64,000 nucleotides of DNA from Bigelowiella natans CCMP2755 (GCA_000320545.1 ADNK01001965.1:62001-126000), one strand, 5' to 3'. Shown: positions 14,125 to 28,259, numbered from the stretch's first letter. Program-made: numbers and translations. Notes: generated by a model not told the origin, from the letters alone.

Positions 14125-15234
14125 ATGTGCTCCAAATCGCAGCCAGTAAACTTTTACGAAAATGAAAACGAGGATGAAATCAAGCATGGCAAGACATGTC
14201 ATCATTGGGCTACCGCCGGAAAGACATGTGTCCGAGGTTCAGGCTGTAAATTTGTCCATGCGTGGATCCGTCCAGATAAAGCTGGAATTTGCCGCAAGTA
14301 CCTTCTTGGAAAATGCTACTACACAGAAAATGCCTGCTACTTTCAGGTCGGTTTATGTAAACAGTTTATCAGCAAAGTAATAATCTTGCTTGTTTCTCAG
14401 CATATTCCATTTCCGATCGCTATGTATGAAGAGTTAGCTGTTTCTACTAAGAACTATGCTGAATTAGAAGTGAAAGTTCAGTCTTATCTCCAAGAACAAC
14501 GAAATCGAAAATTTCGTCCTTTGAAGATGGGTCACGTGAAACAATCGGTTGCTTCTGATCAAAAAAGGTTCTCAAAGGTAATTTCGCGGCCAACAGAGGA
14601 TCGTTTAAGTAAGGATATGCTCTCATCAATACCTCCAACTACGAAGCAAATAATGAAGACAAGTCCTTTTAAAACACTGTCACCCTTGCGTGCAACCTCT
14701 CAAAACACGAGTAGCTCTGTAACAGAACCTGACTACAAAAGATCCAGTGGAAATCTTTCATATTGGTCGCTACAAGCCTCTCCTGTACATCCACCTCATC
14801 GAAGTTCCCCTGTTGCAGGATCAACAAGAACGAAATCAAATAGTATTTCTTCGTCGGCTAATACCTTTAAGATTCGTTGTGAAAAAGCTGAAGCAGAATC
14901 AGATGGAGAGCATAGTAGCCTTGCCACTGGCCTGTCAGAGAGATCCTGTGACAGTATGATGAAAAACATAGTTGGGATTTCAAAAATAATGAAGAACAAG
15001 GCCATGAACACTTGGACTTGTGATGAAGTTCACGAATTCGTTTCTTCACTTGGAGCCGCAAAGCAATGGCCTCAGTATGCGGAATTACTTAAGGAGGAAG
15101 GCGTTGATGGAGCTACTCTCCAATTCTACAAAGCTCCTGAAGCTTTGCTCGAGGATTTTCCAGTGATAAAAAGAGGTCACGCTCGCGTTCTTGCGGACGC
15201 AGTCAACAAGACACTACAGATATATAATGAATAA
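14125..15234 (+). CDS. Tandem CCCH zinc-finger protein with C-terminal SAM domain; one in-frame intron at 14347-14400
   Basis: Fingers CHHWATAGKTCVRGSGCKFVH and CRKYLLGKCYYTENACYFQ|H. SAM-like segment WTCDEVHEFVSSLG...YAELLKEEGVDGATL...GHARVL. Confidence 0.85.
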   Translation: MCSKSQPVNFYENENEDEIKHGKTCHHWATAGKTCVRGSGCKFVHAWIRPDKAGICRKYLLGKCYYTENACYFQVGLCKQFISKVIILLVSQHIPFPIAMYEELAVSTKNYAELEVKVQSYLQEQRNRKFRPLKMGHVKQSVASDQKRFSKVISRPTEDRLSKDMLSSIPPTTKQIMKTSPFKTLSPLRATSQNTSSSVTEPDYKRSSGNLSYWSLQASPVHPPHRSSPVAGSTRTKSNSISSSANTFKIRCEKAEAESDGEHSSLATGLSERSCDSMMKNIVGISKIMKNKAMNTWTCDEVHEFVSSLGAAKQWPQYAELLKEEGVDGATLQFYKAPEALLEDFPVIKRGHARVLADAVNKTLQIYNE

Positions 15235-15965
15235 TGCTGCAAATGATAGAGAAGTTGTTGTATTTTGGCAGTTGCAAGTTGAATTGTTAAGGATGGTAAT
15301 GCATGATGTATTCATATATAAATTTGCTTTTAAAAAATTGACTCCCAAAAGTATTCTCAAACAAATATTTTGTGCTCTGCGCAGCAGCATGTGCACTGCA
15401 ATGCGATGCCATGCATGAGCTAATCCAGGGTAGTATATGACTTAAATCCACGCTTTCTCCTCGGTAGCTATGCTATTTATAAATCATAGTTACATCAGTT
15501 ATATCTGGTTCAGCGAGCACATTGTCTATGAGCTTTCTGTACAAAAGCTTTCAAAACATAAATATATCGCTTTCGGAGATTTTTACTAGAATAAATTATG
15601 CTTTCTTTATATTAACACAAAGTTACACACACCAAAACAGCAGTCATCATTGTACATAGCAATGCTCATAGTTCATATGAACCTAGAAAATTCGTGCATT
15701 CAGCGTCTCATTCAATATTGGAAGTGTCTTGTTTTGATGTTTTATCGCAGACTGTTTACTTGTCCTTTTAGCATACAAATTGCACCTGGACTGCTAGGTG
15801 CGGACTTGGTCACGCAGTTGGTTGATCATGTAAGCGCAATGCGGCGTTGAAGCGCGACAGACAAATCGCAACCCTATCTGCCTAAAACTCAGTGCAAAGC
15901 TCGCTAGCAACATTCCATGACAGCAATAATTCTTAGTGTAAGTTGACTCTTTTCGTACGTAGTTC

Positions 15966-18655
15966 TTACGGGATGCGCTCCCCAATTTCCCCTTCTCCGT
16001 ACCAATCCCTCCCAACCCTTTCGCTTGCGAATACGGGAAGTCTGTTCTTCATGTGAACCCTATCTATTTCCCACATTAACTCTTCCGGTAGCAGCAGACG
16101 ACGACTTCCATCGCTGTTGTACGTACTATCCTTCGCTATCTCAAGACACTGTCTGAGCTGTTGCATGCTTGTATGGGCAAGAAGTGTGGAGGTGACCAGA
16201 TCACGCGATTGGCACCACTTGATAGCCATCTCGGTGAGACTCATACCGTATTTATCAGCTAGTTTCGCGTATTCTCGCACGGCCTGAGAAGCAGGCTCTG
16301 AACGATATCGGTATAGCGTTCGACCCCAACCCATCGTGTCCATTCGTCCACGGGGTTTGGCCATGCTTCCTCTTGCTCGCAATAAATCCTTGTCGTCGGG
16401 GGCGGGAGGGGGACCGGAGAGGTATTTACCAGTGAGGACACCGCCAGCAAGCGTGTTATATGCCATAAAACCGACGTTTTCATGAATTGGACTCGAAGCT
16501 TCGCTGACACCTGATTGGAGGAGGAGGAAGTGTTCGAATATACACACTCATACACAATTAAAAATGACCATGTTATGATATATATATATATATATATATA
16601 TATATCTATATATTTATATATATTATGTGCGAGTGTATCTGTGATACATCGTGTACGTATTCTACTTATATGCCAGTCCCACCATTTTCCTCTGCCCTTC
16701 GATCTATCAATGAGAAGTCATTTTGCATCACACATGGAGCTGTCGCCCCCCCTCCTAAGAGCTTGGCCGCGGCACATGATGCTGCAAGGCCATATGCATT
16801 ATCGTTGCACATTCCCCAGCCTCTAATCTTTCCAGCCTTCACGAGCTTCGACATTGCTTCGGCAATCTCCTCGAATGAAGCGTGGTTACCTGTGGTTGTA
16901 ATCGTTGCTTTTAGTATCATTTAAGAATGATGAGGCTGGTGACAACGATGGAAATGATAATGAAGATGGTGCTAAGTTGTTGCATCACACAGTGCTTCGC
17001 CTTGTCATCATCGTGCGTATATGCAGACCCCCCGTCCTCTTCCTCACGATGATGATAATGATGATGATGATGATGATGATCATAATAAGTATTACGGTAG
17101 TAAGGTGACCCCTCCGTGTCACGATGATATTGAAGAGACTGCCCCCAATTAGATTGGGGAGTGTAGCGTGCTGGCCAGTGAAGCAGGTAGAGGTCGATAT
17201 AATCAGTGCCCAGCCTCTTCAGACTATCCTCGCAGTCTCTCTCAATATTAACGCGATTCACGTTGCTTCCGCCCGTGATCTTGGTGGCAATAGCGACTTT
17301 ATCCCTCCTGGTTTTGTCTTTAGCGAGCCACCGCCCTATGATCTCTTCCGTGAGCCCCTCGGGCGCACCTCGACCGCTAGGTATTGGGTATTGTTCCGCA
17401 GTATCTATGAGGGAGAGGCCATTCTCTAGGATTCCATAATCCAGCATCTCATGACAGAGCTTCTCATCCGGGCCATTGAAATCCGACGAGCCCCAGCGCT
17501 GAGTTCCAAGCCCGATTTCGGACGTCACGATATCACCTGACGAAGCCAGTGGACCGACAAATACATGAATAACGACGATGGAGGAGGAGGAGGAGGAGGA
17601 GGAGGAGGAGGAGGAGGAGAAAAAGATAGAATAATTTTCAGGAAAAATTAGTAGCGGTTGCCATGCGTTTTTCAAATGAAGAACTTTGAGGGAAAATGGT
17701 TGCTCATTGTAAAAAGCTATGAACATAAAGACGACATGCAAAAGAGGGAAGTTGATGTGTTTTTTCGCAATGAGCAACAATTAAATAGCGTAATATTTTG
17801 GCACAGAGCCCTCCTGTTGATAATGGCAGCATCCGCGTGTATGTAATTGGGGCAGGGTGTACATGTACCTGATCCCATGCGCTTGTGACGTATACCCTCT
17901 ATGATACCAAGCACCTCGTTCGTAGCTCCTTGTGCATTTTTCCCTTTAGTTCTTCCAGACAGCCTCTCCACGTTGTCAGGAGGTATAGCCTGCCGCTGCC
18001 GGGATGATGATGACGATGATGCCTCTGCTGCATTAGCTGGCTGCCCATCCCAAGGCCATTTAAAAGAGAATAGCCCTCCGCCACTGTCACCTTCTTTCGA
18101 GCTAGCAGCTGCCACTGCGAACATCCCCCCCCCCGTTGTGGATAGCACGCCTCTGCGACGAGGAGGACTTCTGACCTTCTCATTATGACCCCCATTCGGA
18201 GATGGTGGTGGTGGTGAAGATGATGATCGGACCCAGCTTTCAGAACAGGAAAATGCGAGTTCCACATTTAGCATTGAGGAACGACATCATGCACGAGAAA
18301 TGAACGATGGAACATCCCATAAAAACGAGAATTTCACTGCAGAGATATTAAACTCAAGAGAGTTCCAAAATATTGGATAAAGTATGCGAAGAAAAACACT
18401 CTTTTTAAAAATTATGATTACTTTCTGCGTGGTAAAAACTTACGTGCTACGGCCGCGAGAAAGCGTTGGAATGATGCGACGTGGGGCGAAATCAAAGTGG
18501 TCTCCCACATCCGGGCGGCCCCAGGTAGGCAGCAAGGGAGAAGACACGATGACCACAGAGAGAAATCCCATGGCGCATAATGCGGTAGCCGCGAACCGAC
18601 GATAGCTCACCGGCCGATGCAGGCCACGAAGAAGCGACGGGCAGGTGAGCACCAT
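15966..18655 (-). CDS. Aldo/keto reductase (Tas-like) with long N-terminal extension
   Basis: SEIGLGTQRWG, IDTAEQYPIP, IATKI, SLKRLGTDYIDLYLLHWP, GKIRGWGMCN, QNDFSL and AYNTLAGGVLTGKY across GT-AG-bounded exons. Confidence 0.9.
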
Positions 18656-18963
18656 TTTGTCGTAGGTTTTCTGAGGTTCCTCCAAAGCTTTTTAATTACT
18701 GCGACAAAGCCAAGATCTTGTCGTCTGATGATGGACCCGACACCTTTATAAAATCCAACCGATGGCAGTGTCGCAGTGAAATATCGCCTTGTATTAATTG
18801 GATAAAAGGATTTCTTTCTGTCGGCTCGTCGGCTCCCATCCCCAAGAATTACATTGAAATCGCATGGGGATCTCGGACATTGCGACATAAAAGTTTTTTT
18901 TTTTCGCTCCGAATTTTGCGGGCCTGAAATTTGAAAAGGAATTCAAAATTGTTTCAACTCACG
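18656..18963. promoter_or_regulatory. About 300 bp bidirectional promoter with three TGCGACA/TGTCGCA copies
   Basis: Copies at 18700, 18769 and 18881 between the AKR and TPT start codons. Confidence 0.6.
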
Positions 18964-20361
18964 ATGGGGTCTGAAGATCGTAGCAACGAAGATAGCACTG
19001 TTGACCAGAAAGGCGGGGCCGGTTTCAGCGACCTTGAAGCGGAGCGAAACGCAAATGGAGGGGCCATCAGCTCCTACAAAAGCCAGCCAAGCGACAATAC
19101 CGGGCTTCACCCTCGGTTTCCCCAGCGAGCGGCCACTCAAGATAGGGACGGTGCCAAAGCTGCTGCTGCTCCTAACCAAAGCGAAAAGGCTGCGAAGGTT
19201 GAAAGATGGACCTTGCTCGTGGTTTTGAAATCGGTAAAGAATTCTTTTACGGAGTACATCTATGGTAGTTTGACTTCCGGATACTTAACCTGACCACAGA
19301 TGTTCTTCGTATCGCTTTACATCGGGTCTTCAATTGGTCTAATATTCTACAACAAATGGTTGCTGGCGGGAACTTTCCCTCACCCCGTGCTCCTTACTCT
19401 ATGGTAGACGATGGTTTAACATCCACTTTCTCTGTGCCACAGCTCGGTGGATCGTTAATACTTAACGAAGATCTTTGTCATGATTCGTTCAGGCACATGG
19501 TTATTGCCGTGGTTCTGACTCAAATTATGAAAGTCATTGGCCCATTACGGTACACGACAATGCTATCGAAGCAAGCAGTCTATATAACCTAATCTTTAAT
19601 TGTTATGAGCCACTGATATGTGCTCCTCGTGATATCACTAGGCCATTGGTCGTAAGCGAGACTTCTCTCACTGCCAAGCAGGTGATTCTCAGCACGATAT
19701 TGTTCCCTAATCCCTTTTTATACCTCCAAACTCTACTAACAGTATTTGTCTTCTGCTTTTGTATTACAACAACAACTACTACTACTACTACTGCTGCTGC
19801 TGCTACTCCCACCAGTATTTCCGCAACGTGTTTCCAATCGGCGTTCTCTTTTCGATATCTCTGAGTCTCGGCAACTGGGCCTATCTTTATCTCTCGGTAG
19901 TAGAAGAGTAGAAGTAGTAGTAGTAGTAGTAGTTGTAACTAGGACATGGGTGAGGCAGTTCTATAAAGAGACATTTCAAACGGCAGGCGATTGGGAAAAT
20001 AGGTTGAATGAGTGTGTGGGTGTACGTCAGCGGGAGAAGGCATTTGTAGTTGAATCGTGACATTGATGACGATGCAGATGATGATTATGGTGATGATGAT
20101 GATGATGATGATGATGAAGATGATGATGATCAGGTGGCGTTCATCCAGATGCTGAAAGCATCGCAGATCCTTGTGATGCTGTTCCTCTCCTTTGTCGCTG
20201 GCATCGTCAAGGTGAGTGAGCGAGCGCGTGTGTGAGTATGCGAGTGAGAGTCTCAGGGGATGGGAAAGAAGGAGAGTGCTCCAAGTTTCGTGAGTATTCG
20301 CTCTTAGCTCACGATTGCCCTACCAACCTACTTTCAAAAAAGAATCAGCTTCTTTTTCTTT

Positions 20362-20406
<45 letters not shown>

Positions 20407-21283
20407 CCCCCCCTTCTGTTTATAATTGCCCCGAGCATTCGTACTCCTCAACCCTGAAATGACCATTATCATCACCGTTTCCTCTCAATATGCTGCTATC
20501 GTTAGCCTTCGTGCGTGTTGGTGTTGATTGTCACGATGGTTGTGCTAGGAGGTAGTAGTAGTAGTAGTAGTAGTAGTAGTAATGATAGTAGTAGCTGCTA
20601 AATCTGAGGATGAGCTCAAGGAAAGATAAGGAACACACAGATGCTGCTTGTCTTCCAACCATATCATGGAAGAAGAGCAAGAATCATCAGTGGTTTCATC
20701 GTCATTAGTGCTAGTAGGCGTTGTTTCTAGACGAAATAAGTGAGCGATGTTCTGAATGCCTATCTCTACTTACCTGACGTGACAAAGTGAGAGTGAGGAT
20801 GATACAATCTCGCCATGGAAAATCATCCTTTAACCCTCACACAGCCATCATTATTTCAAATCATGCTTGGACTCTTCTGATGGAATCCCCCCCCCTCCCT
20901 CTTATGCTACTACAGTATGTGCGACGGTGGTAGGAGAGCTCAAGATTAACACAATAGGTGCGTGCGCGTCCAGACGGAAAATTTATGTGTTAGTCGTGCA
21001 TATGTTTCCAACCACACACACACATAAACATATAGATATTTATTCTGTCTAAATTCAAGAGAAAGCTGCAAACGCAAGCTTCCTCGTCCCATTGTATTCT
21101 TCCTCATCCTAAACAAATAGCAGTTGTAGTCATAGTAGCAGTGGTCGTTGATAACCATCTTTTATACAATGCATGTAATCCCATATATTAGGCATCATGC
21201 TCCAAGCAACAGCCATCCTCTCGGTAAAAATAATGATGGTGATGATAATTATGATGATGATGATGATGATGATGATGGTAATT

Positions 21284-21319
<36 letters not shown>

Positions 21320-21415
21320 AGAACGGTCATCCTGTTGACCCTGTGATCACAGCAAACGAAGCGTGGCGTTCCTTGTACACAATAAATAAAATATGATATC
21401 TAAATGTTCATATAG

Positions 21416-21451
<36 letters not shown>

Positions 21452-21766
21452 CGTGTGTAGAATATGCCTTGTTCTCATTCGCCGTAATTGCTCTTCACTA
21501 CTATTACTCAGGAGGGGGCCCGCTTGGTGTTGGTGAACCTCCTGCTCAGCTCCAACGGCATCAGACTCAAGCCGCTGCAGGTGATGAAAAAGCCGTTTTA
21601 GGCGGGGAAAAAGACGACCGGGAGAAGGGGCGGTGGTGGTGGTGCTGGTGGTAGTTAGTAGTGCTTGCCTAGGCTGATCATATGCTGCCGCCGCTACTGC
21701 TGCTCTGCTGCGCTGATTGGTTAGAGCTCTTCATCTCCCTTATCCAACATTTTCTGTCCTCCGGTT

Positions 21767-21804
<38 letters not shown>

Positions 21805-22695
21805 TCGTATTGCGCAGGCTCTCCACTACTTCGCTCCAGCATGCGCTGTCTGCTTGGCGGTGAGTGGAAACAGCGCATATAGTGATGAGCGTGCTGCTGA
21901 TGTTCCCGATGGTGATAATGATAATGATGATGATGATGATGATGTGTCGGTTTCTTTTTCCTCGATTGTACATGTCCCTGTTGCATCATAACCATCGTTA
22001 TTATGGTCGTCACTGACGCCGTTGTGGTTGTTGTATCTGTTGTTGTGTGGCTTCTGTCGCTGCGTAGGTGTACTGGGTTGCCTACGAATCGTGGCAGATG
22101 AAATGGGACGACATCTACAGGGTAGTTCTGTCTGGATGCATTGGAGAAGGAAGAAGAAGAAGAAGAAGAAGCGATATACGGATTTCGATCATGATGATAA
22201 TGATGATGATGAGAGTACGATAAAGTGGCTGAATGACCTTGAATCGTTTTCGTTGCTGTTTTGATTTGGTCTCATTCTTTTCTCTCCCCCCCTCTTTCAC
22301 CCTACTCTTCCCTCATTTCGCGCTGAAACAATAGACCGGCGCCTGGGTGCTGATAACGAACGGATTGATGAGTTTCCTTCTTAACTGCTCCTCTGTCCTC
22401 CTCATCAGTACGGCCCGCCAACAAAGAGACTATACAAACGCACTTATACAAACACACAACACACACACACACACACACACGCGCGCGCGCACGTCGCTTT
22501 GCACTGCCAATCTAACTCCTGTTATCACCATCAACTCAAAAAAATCATTGCTTCAGGCTATTCAAATGTGATGATCCTGGCACTTGCTGGAATTGTCAAG
22601 GTGAGATATAAAGAGATCATCCCCTCATAACAACAACCATCATCATCATCTTCATCACCATCATCATCTTCATCATAATCACCATTGTGTAATAA

Positions 22696-22731
<36 letters not shown>

Positions 22732-24160
22732 ATTACGTCTCCCTATCACCATTCTGATTACCTAGGACGTCTTGATTGTGATCGGCTCCTGTTTCGTTTT
22801 TGCTACCGTTATTACGAATCTGCAGTACGTGGGGTAGTTGCCTCTCACCATCATCCCAGATGCCTTTTAATGGATTGCTTCCTTGTTTCCCTGTTGGTAT
22901 TGAGAAAACAGCGAACAAACTGATTTTTTGTTGTTTTCTCAAGGTACGTTGTGGCTCTGAGCGGCGTCTTTGCGTACAAGGTTCGTGCATGTGTGTGTGT
23001 GTGTGTGTGTGTGCGTGTGTGTGTGTGTGTGTGCCAGAATGCACAACTGCAACACTCCTCCACCTCCTCCTCCTTTTATTTCCTGTCTCAGACCTCTTTC
23101 TCATCCTCTTCTTTCTCTTACTCCATGTTTTGTCCCAATTATACTTGTCTTCGCAGCTGTACACCTCGGCGGCATTGCGGGTATTACAATAGTAGTGGTA
23201 GTAGTAGAGGTAGCAGCAGCAGTAGTAGTAGTATTCGTAGCAACAAGACACCGCTAATTTAAATTATCTCTGCTTAAGTCTCAACGCACATGATTATGGT
23301 CGTTCTTCTCTGCGTCTAGTACACACTTTGATCACTGCCTCTCCTTGCAATAAAATCATGCACCTTGGCCATATTACTAACTCCATCATTTCTCCCGACC
23401 GACAGCTTGCCTTCATGGACCTCTTTGAGAGCGCCCGTGGCCTGTGCTGCCACCCATCGTCTCAACCGCAGCGAAAGAGCCCGGTATTACAGTGGCTCTT
23501 TGTGCAGAGGGAGGGGTTGGGAGCAGAAGAGGAGGAATTGATGAGGATGATGATGAGAATGATGATGACAATGTGCATTCCTGCACGGTCAATGTGGTAG
23601 TATACACGCAGCCCCCAGATAGACAACGAGCAGCGGCTTCAGTTCTCTTCTATTGTTGTCGGCTTTGTGTGCGGAGAATGATTTTCTCGCTGTCGTTACA
23701 GTGAATAGAATCACGCCCCCCCCCGCTCCTACTCCTCATCCTCCTCCACATCATCATCATCATCATCATCACCGTATCTTTCTCAGGAGTCTGCAAAGCG
23801 TCTTTTGGACGATAGCGAACAAGACGAAGCTGTAGAACAAGGTATCGAAATGGCTATCGAAAGGAGAAAGAGGCATTTTCGTCATGCGAGCCCCACTATA
23901 TTAATATGCGCATGGACCTCGGTCTTTGAGAGACGGTTGCTGGAGTGGAGGCGAGGACGATAATGCTGACTGTGACAATGATGATGATGGATGATGATGG
24001 ATGATAATTGACACACTTGCAGCTTCTACGTTCTATTAACTACCCACCTGAGCGTGCTGTGGTGTCGTCCAACAGGTGGTAACGGAGCATCGGTGTTATC
24101 GAAGGAGGAGCTCTTCCAGGCTGAGAAGATTGCTGCTGGTAGCGACCCGCGTGCATTTAT
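18964..24160 (+). CDS. Triose-phosphate / nucleotide-sugar transporter family (TPT, SLC35-like); 3' end approximate
   Basis: IFYNKWLLAGTFPHPVLLTLWHM, VAFIQMLKAS, LHYFAPACAVCL, NGLMSFLLN and LAGIVK|DVLIV. Many short hydrophobic exons. Confidence 0.8.
21232..21316. repeat. (GAT)n intronic microsatellite array
   Basis: Seen directly. Confidence 0.9.
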
Positions 24161-25149
24161 GATGACGATGATGTTGTTGTTCTTGTTGATGATGATGATG
24201 ATGATGGCATGGCCTTTCAATTTTCCACTGGAGACTGCGCAATGTGTGAGTGAAGGCAAAATTGCGCGTGTTGCGCCAACGATACCGCTCTGGAACACTG
24301 GCGATGCATACGCAACAAATGTGATGCGCATTTTTGAGCACGAACACCAACAATGCTTGCAAGTCTTCGGAGGATATCGATTGAGCTCTAATTTGGTTTT
24401 GATGTTCCACATCGTAGCTGCTTCAATCAAGCATTCGTCTGCTGTTCCACCCTCTTAAATCTCCCAGAAGAAAATGCACAATGTACATGAGCTCGTTGCT
24501 GCTGTATTCGCTTACACTAGCACCAATGAAAGCGTGCTCTGCAAAGATTAGCTAAAAATTAGGTACGGTTCGATGTTTTTCCTGCTTAATATTGCACCAA
24601 ATTAGCTTTTTCAATGACTTCATTTCAAACCATTATAAAGTAAATGTTCATTAAGAACACACTCAAACAGTGCACATGAATGTTCGTGCATGGCCGATGC
24701 ACGAATTTTCAATTGTAATGAGGGCACATGTAGCAATGTTGTTACTTAACCGCATACGTAACATAGTTGCTAAGCTGTACTCAATGACACACATAATAAC
24801 CTCCAATTCAGCATGTGTCATGCACCTATATACGCATAATGCGACCATAATATACATGACACGTGCTGCTACTTGCATGCGTGATGCGTCCCTCATTAGT
24901 TTGCATGAACTTTGCAAGAGTATATATAAAGAGCACGTGTGCGACCCGCGTGGCCGATCGAGTTGAACAACGGGCAACTACACATGCGCCAAGCATGCAT
25001 GACAATAATGCGCAAAATATGATGTGTGAATCGTGTACAATAATTTTATGGATAGCATGTAAAACCCAAGAAATCCTAGGAAATCCTCCGGTTTGCCGGG
25101 AATTATGATATAAATAGTAAGACACGATGTGCAACAGTCCGTGCTGCAT

Positions 25150-26210
25150 CTAACACTCAATACTTGCTCCCTTTTTTCGCCCATTCTCTAGGAACTTTCC
25201 TTTGGAAAGAGTTTTCACGCCTACATATACGAGATAGAACAAGGTGAGTGAAGCAAAAAAATGAGACAATCAACCTTAGATTTGGGCAATGATCTCAGAT
25301 ATAGAGACGCACACGGAAAGCAAGGGTATAAGCTAGGCAAAACGGAATGATTATGCGAAGTTTATTGTTCGTTTTTGCACGAAAAGAAACCAGGTTGAAT
25401 CTACAGCACCTTCAAATGTGTTTGCCTTCGTCGGAACCACAGCGAAGGCAGAAATCTACCCGTATTCCCGTACAACATTTGGACCAATATGAACGTTTTG
25501 CCAATTGGAGCATTAAACAGTGAGGCGACCTTCAGTTTCTCGAGAACATGTTTTTCCTTCGTCTCCAGTTTGTGCACACCATTGTCGTTATCAAGATAAT
25601 ATACCTAAAATTTAGACAGTTGCTCCGAGCCTCACAGGTGGTGATGAAAGGACCAAATTTTACATCTGCATTCTCTTGGAACATTTCAAGCTCCCCTTTG
25701 TATTCCTTAGCTGTTTTCAAATACTGTGTGAATCCTGATTGTAGAATAAGGTTTCTTACGAGATTGATACTGATGTGTGTGTGTGATAAAGCGAATGTTG
25801 CTGGGAGTGAGACTTGGATTTATATGTTCAAATAAGTGGCACCTTCGTAGTATCTCCGAATATTCGTTGCTTGAATTTCTCCTGAAAATCACCCCCAGGA
25901 TTATGTCCAAAGCCGTCTTCATGATGTAAAACCTTACGAATGATCTCCGTCCTCCCTCCATATCTTTTGTACTTGAAGCCTGGCACAGATTTGTTTGGCT
26001 TGAAGAACGCCAGGATTTCCTCCTTGAACTCCCCATTCTTCTTTGTCCACTACACACACAGAAACAAACTGTGAAAACAGCAGCTTTGATGAGAACAAAG
26101 CGCGGCCTCAAGCATCCACACGCAACCTGCTCGAACAGCTGTCCGTGACTTGCGTCGGAAAAGGTGAGGTAGCATCCATCAGGGAGCTCCTGCTTGGAAT
26201 CGCCCGACAT
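25150..26210 (-). CDS. Immune mapped protein 1/2 (IMP1/IMP2)-like protein
   Basis: Spliced product reads GCYLTFSDASHGQLFEQ|WTKK...LAFFKPNKSVPGFKYKRYGGR...YLKTAKEYKGEL...AFAVVPTKANTFE|GVKTLSKGKFLENGRKKGASIEC*. This resembles IMP2_N/IMP2_C from recall; no search was run. Confidence 0.7.
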
Positions 26211-26463
26211 GTTCTATTAGTCTCCCTCGCTGACGGGCTGACGGGGCTTTGAGGAATCGGCGACAAAAGCGAGGACATGGCGTTTTAGTTCCAAAAACCC
26301 TGAATTTCGTTGTCGCAACGCCAGAATCCTGGACGACTAGATCCCATTTATGCATTTATGTCCCGGAACGCCCAAAGGGAGAGTCTCCAGTGAAGAACTG
26401 ACACGTGTGGCACGTTTCCCCCCCCCCCCCCCCACAAGGGGCTCTCGCAATAATCCCGTTGGT

Positions 26464-27461
26464 ATGAGCCATCGTGCCGCCACGCGGGGAGCTAATGAGG
26501 ATGGGACGATCGAACTGAGATGTTTAGACAACAGTGACGCTGACAGAACGCATCCCACTGCACATGAGCAATCTAACAGTGATGCAAAGCAAGACCGTCG
26601 CGGGCTAATCCTTGTTCTTTTAGGGTAGCAGTAACCCATTCTGAACAAATAAATCGTTGACAGGTATTGATATATACTCAGGACATGTTCATTCACGTGC
26701 GTAGCAGCCCTGAGCAGTGCGATGACGCGCCATTTCGCCGCCGTTGAAATACAGTTGATTCGGTATCTTGGGCTCATGGTGCTTTCTATGGCTGCTTTAA
26801 GGTGCTGTCGCATTCCAGGTGTGTGGAGACCTTTTCCATTCCCCAAATATTTCGATATTATGCGACTCTCACTGATTACCTTCGGACTCAGGAGGAGTGC
26901 TAGGCCCAAGATCCACCCGAGGGTTGGTACTTCTACGAAGCGTGCTGTACTCCGCACACACGATGTTCATGCTGGAGGCCTTTGTTCGACTGCGCTTCGA
27001 CGAAGCCACCGCAATTTTGTTTTCTTTTCCAGTATGGACAATGATATTTAGCTACTTCGTGCTCAATGAGCGAATCAGTGTTTGCTGGGTCTTATCAGCC
27101 ACGGCCATTGTCTCGGCGCTATTGTTGATAGTGAAGCCGAACAAGCAGCAGTATCAGCGCTTGTACGGGTTTCTAATGGCATTTTTGGGCTCCATCTCCT
27201 TTTCTCTCCAAGTGGTGTGTGTCAAATACACGGGACCCGTAGTGCACTGGTGCCAGTTTGAGTTTCTGTCAGGGTATGAATACATAATGCTACGTTTTTT
27301 GATAATACCTGGGCAGTCTGTTGGCTGGTATTGGCAACCTGGAAAAGAGAGCAACTGTGCATGATATCCAATGAGCGAACATGATTGTGGTGGTGTACTC
27401 GATGGTGATTCGATGCCATCGATCATGGTGATGCTGAAAAAGATCGATATTTATGACGACA

Positions 27462-27496
<35 letters not shown>

Positions 27497-28259
27497 AGTA
27501 GTGAAGGATCCACAAAGGAGGTATTACACTCAGGCTTGTGTGTACTTGCGTCTTGTGTCCAATTGTGGCACTTGGGATCTATCTGAAAGCGTCCCCGAGC
27601 GAATTCGAGATGCGGCAAATCTGGGTTACTCCGAGTGGTCTGGACGTCCTGAAATTCGTCGCTTTAGGTTTGGGCGTGTTCACCTCTCTTGGATTGATAA
27701 CTAGGGGGATACAGCTGTCAAATGTGGTCCTAGCAACCATGTGCATGTATCTAGAACTCCCTCTCACATTTCTCTTCCAAACGCTGTTTTTCAGTGACAA
27801 CGAGAACAACCAGGTAGTAGAACCCGCCCCGCGATTTGATATAATGCTCCTTATCCGTACCGCTAGAATATAATAATTCAAACATGTCAGGATCTAATGG
27901 ATTGGATCGGTATGGTGGTAATTGTGGTCTCCGTGATCACAAACATGACTGTTGAAAGTCTCATTTCCCCGGGAAATCCAATACGTCAGCCCTTCTCTCC
28001 CCAAATCTTACTTTCGTTGGCGACTCGCGCTTTGGCATCTCCATGTGAAAATGTTCGTTTTTGCTGCTATGGCGAATCCAATTCAGCTGATAACAGCATT
28101 GGAGGGTGTGTTTCAGTTGATGAGTCTGAGCTGAAGCAGCAGGAAGACAATCCTGATGATACTGACGATGTGGAAGGGGAGAGATTTGAGTTAAGTAATA
28201 AAAAGGGGTTAGCATTGTCCCTGCAAGATCGGGACAACGACAATGAGCCACTTTTGTAA
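26464..28259 (+). CDS. EamA/DMT family transporter (SLC35G-like)
   Basis: AVEIQLIRY, VLLRSVL, DEATAILFSFPVWTMIFSYFVLNER and YLELPLTFLFQTLFF. Multiple TM segments and an acidic tail ending EPLL. Confidence 0.8.
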
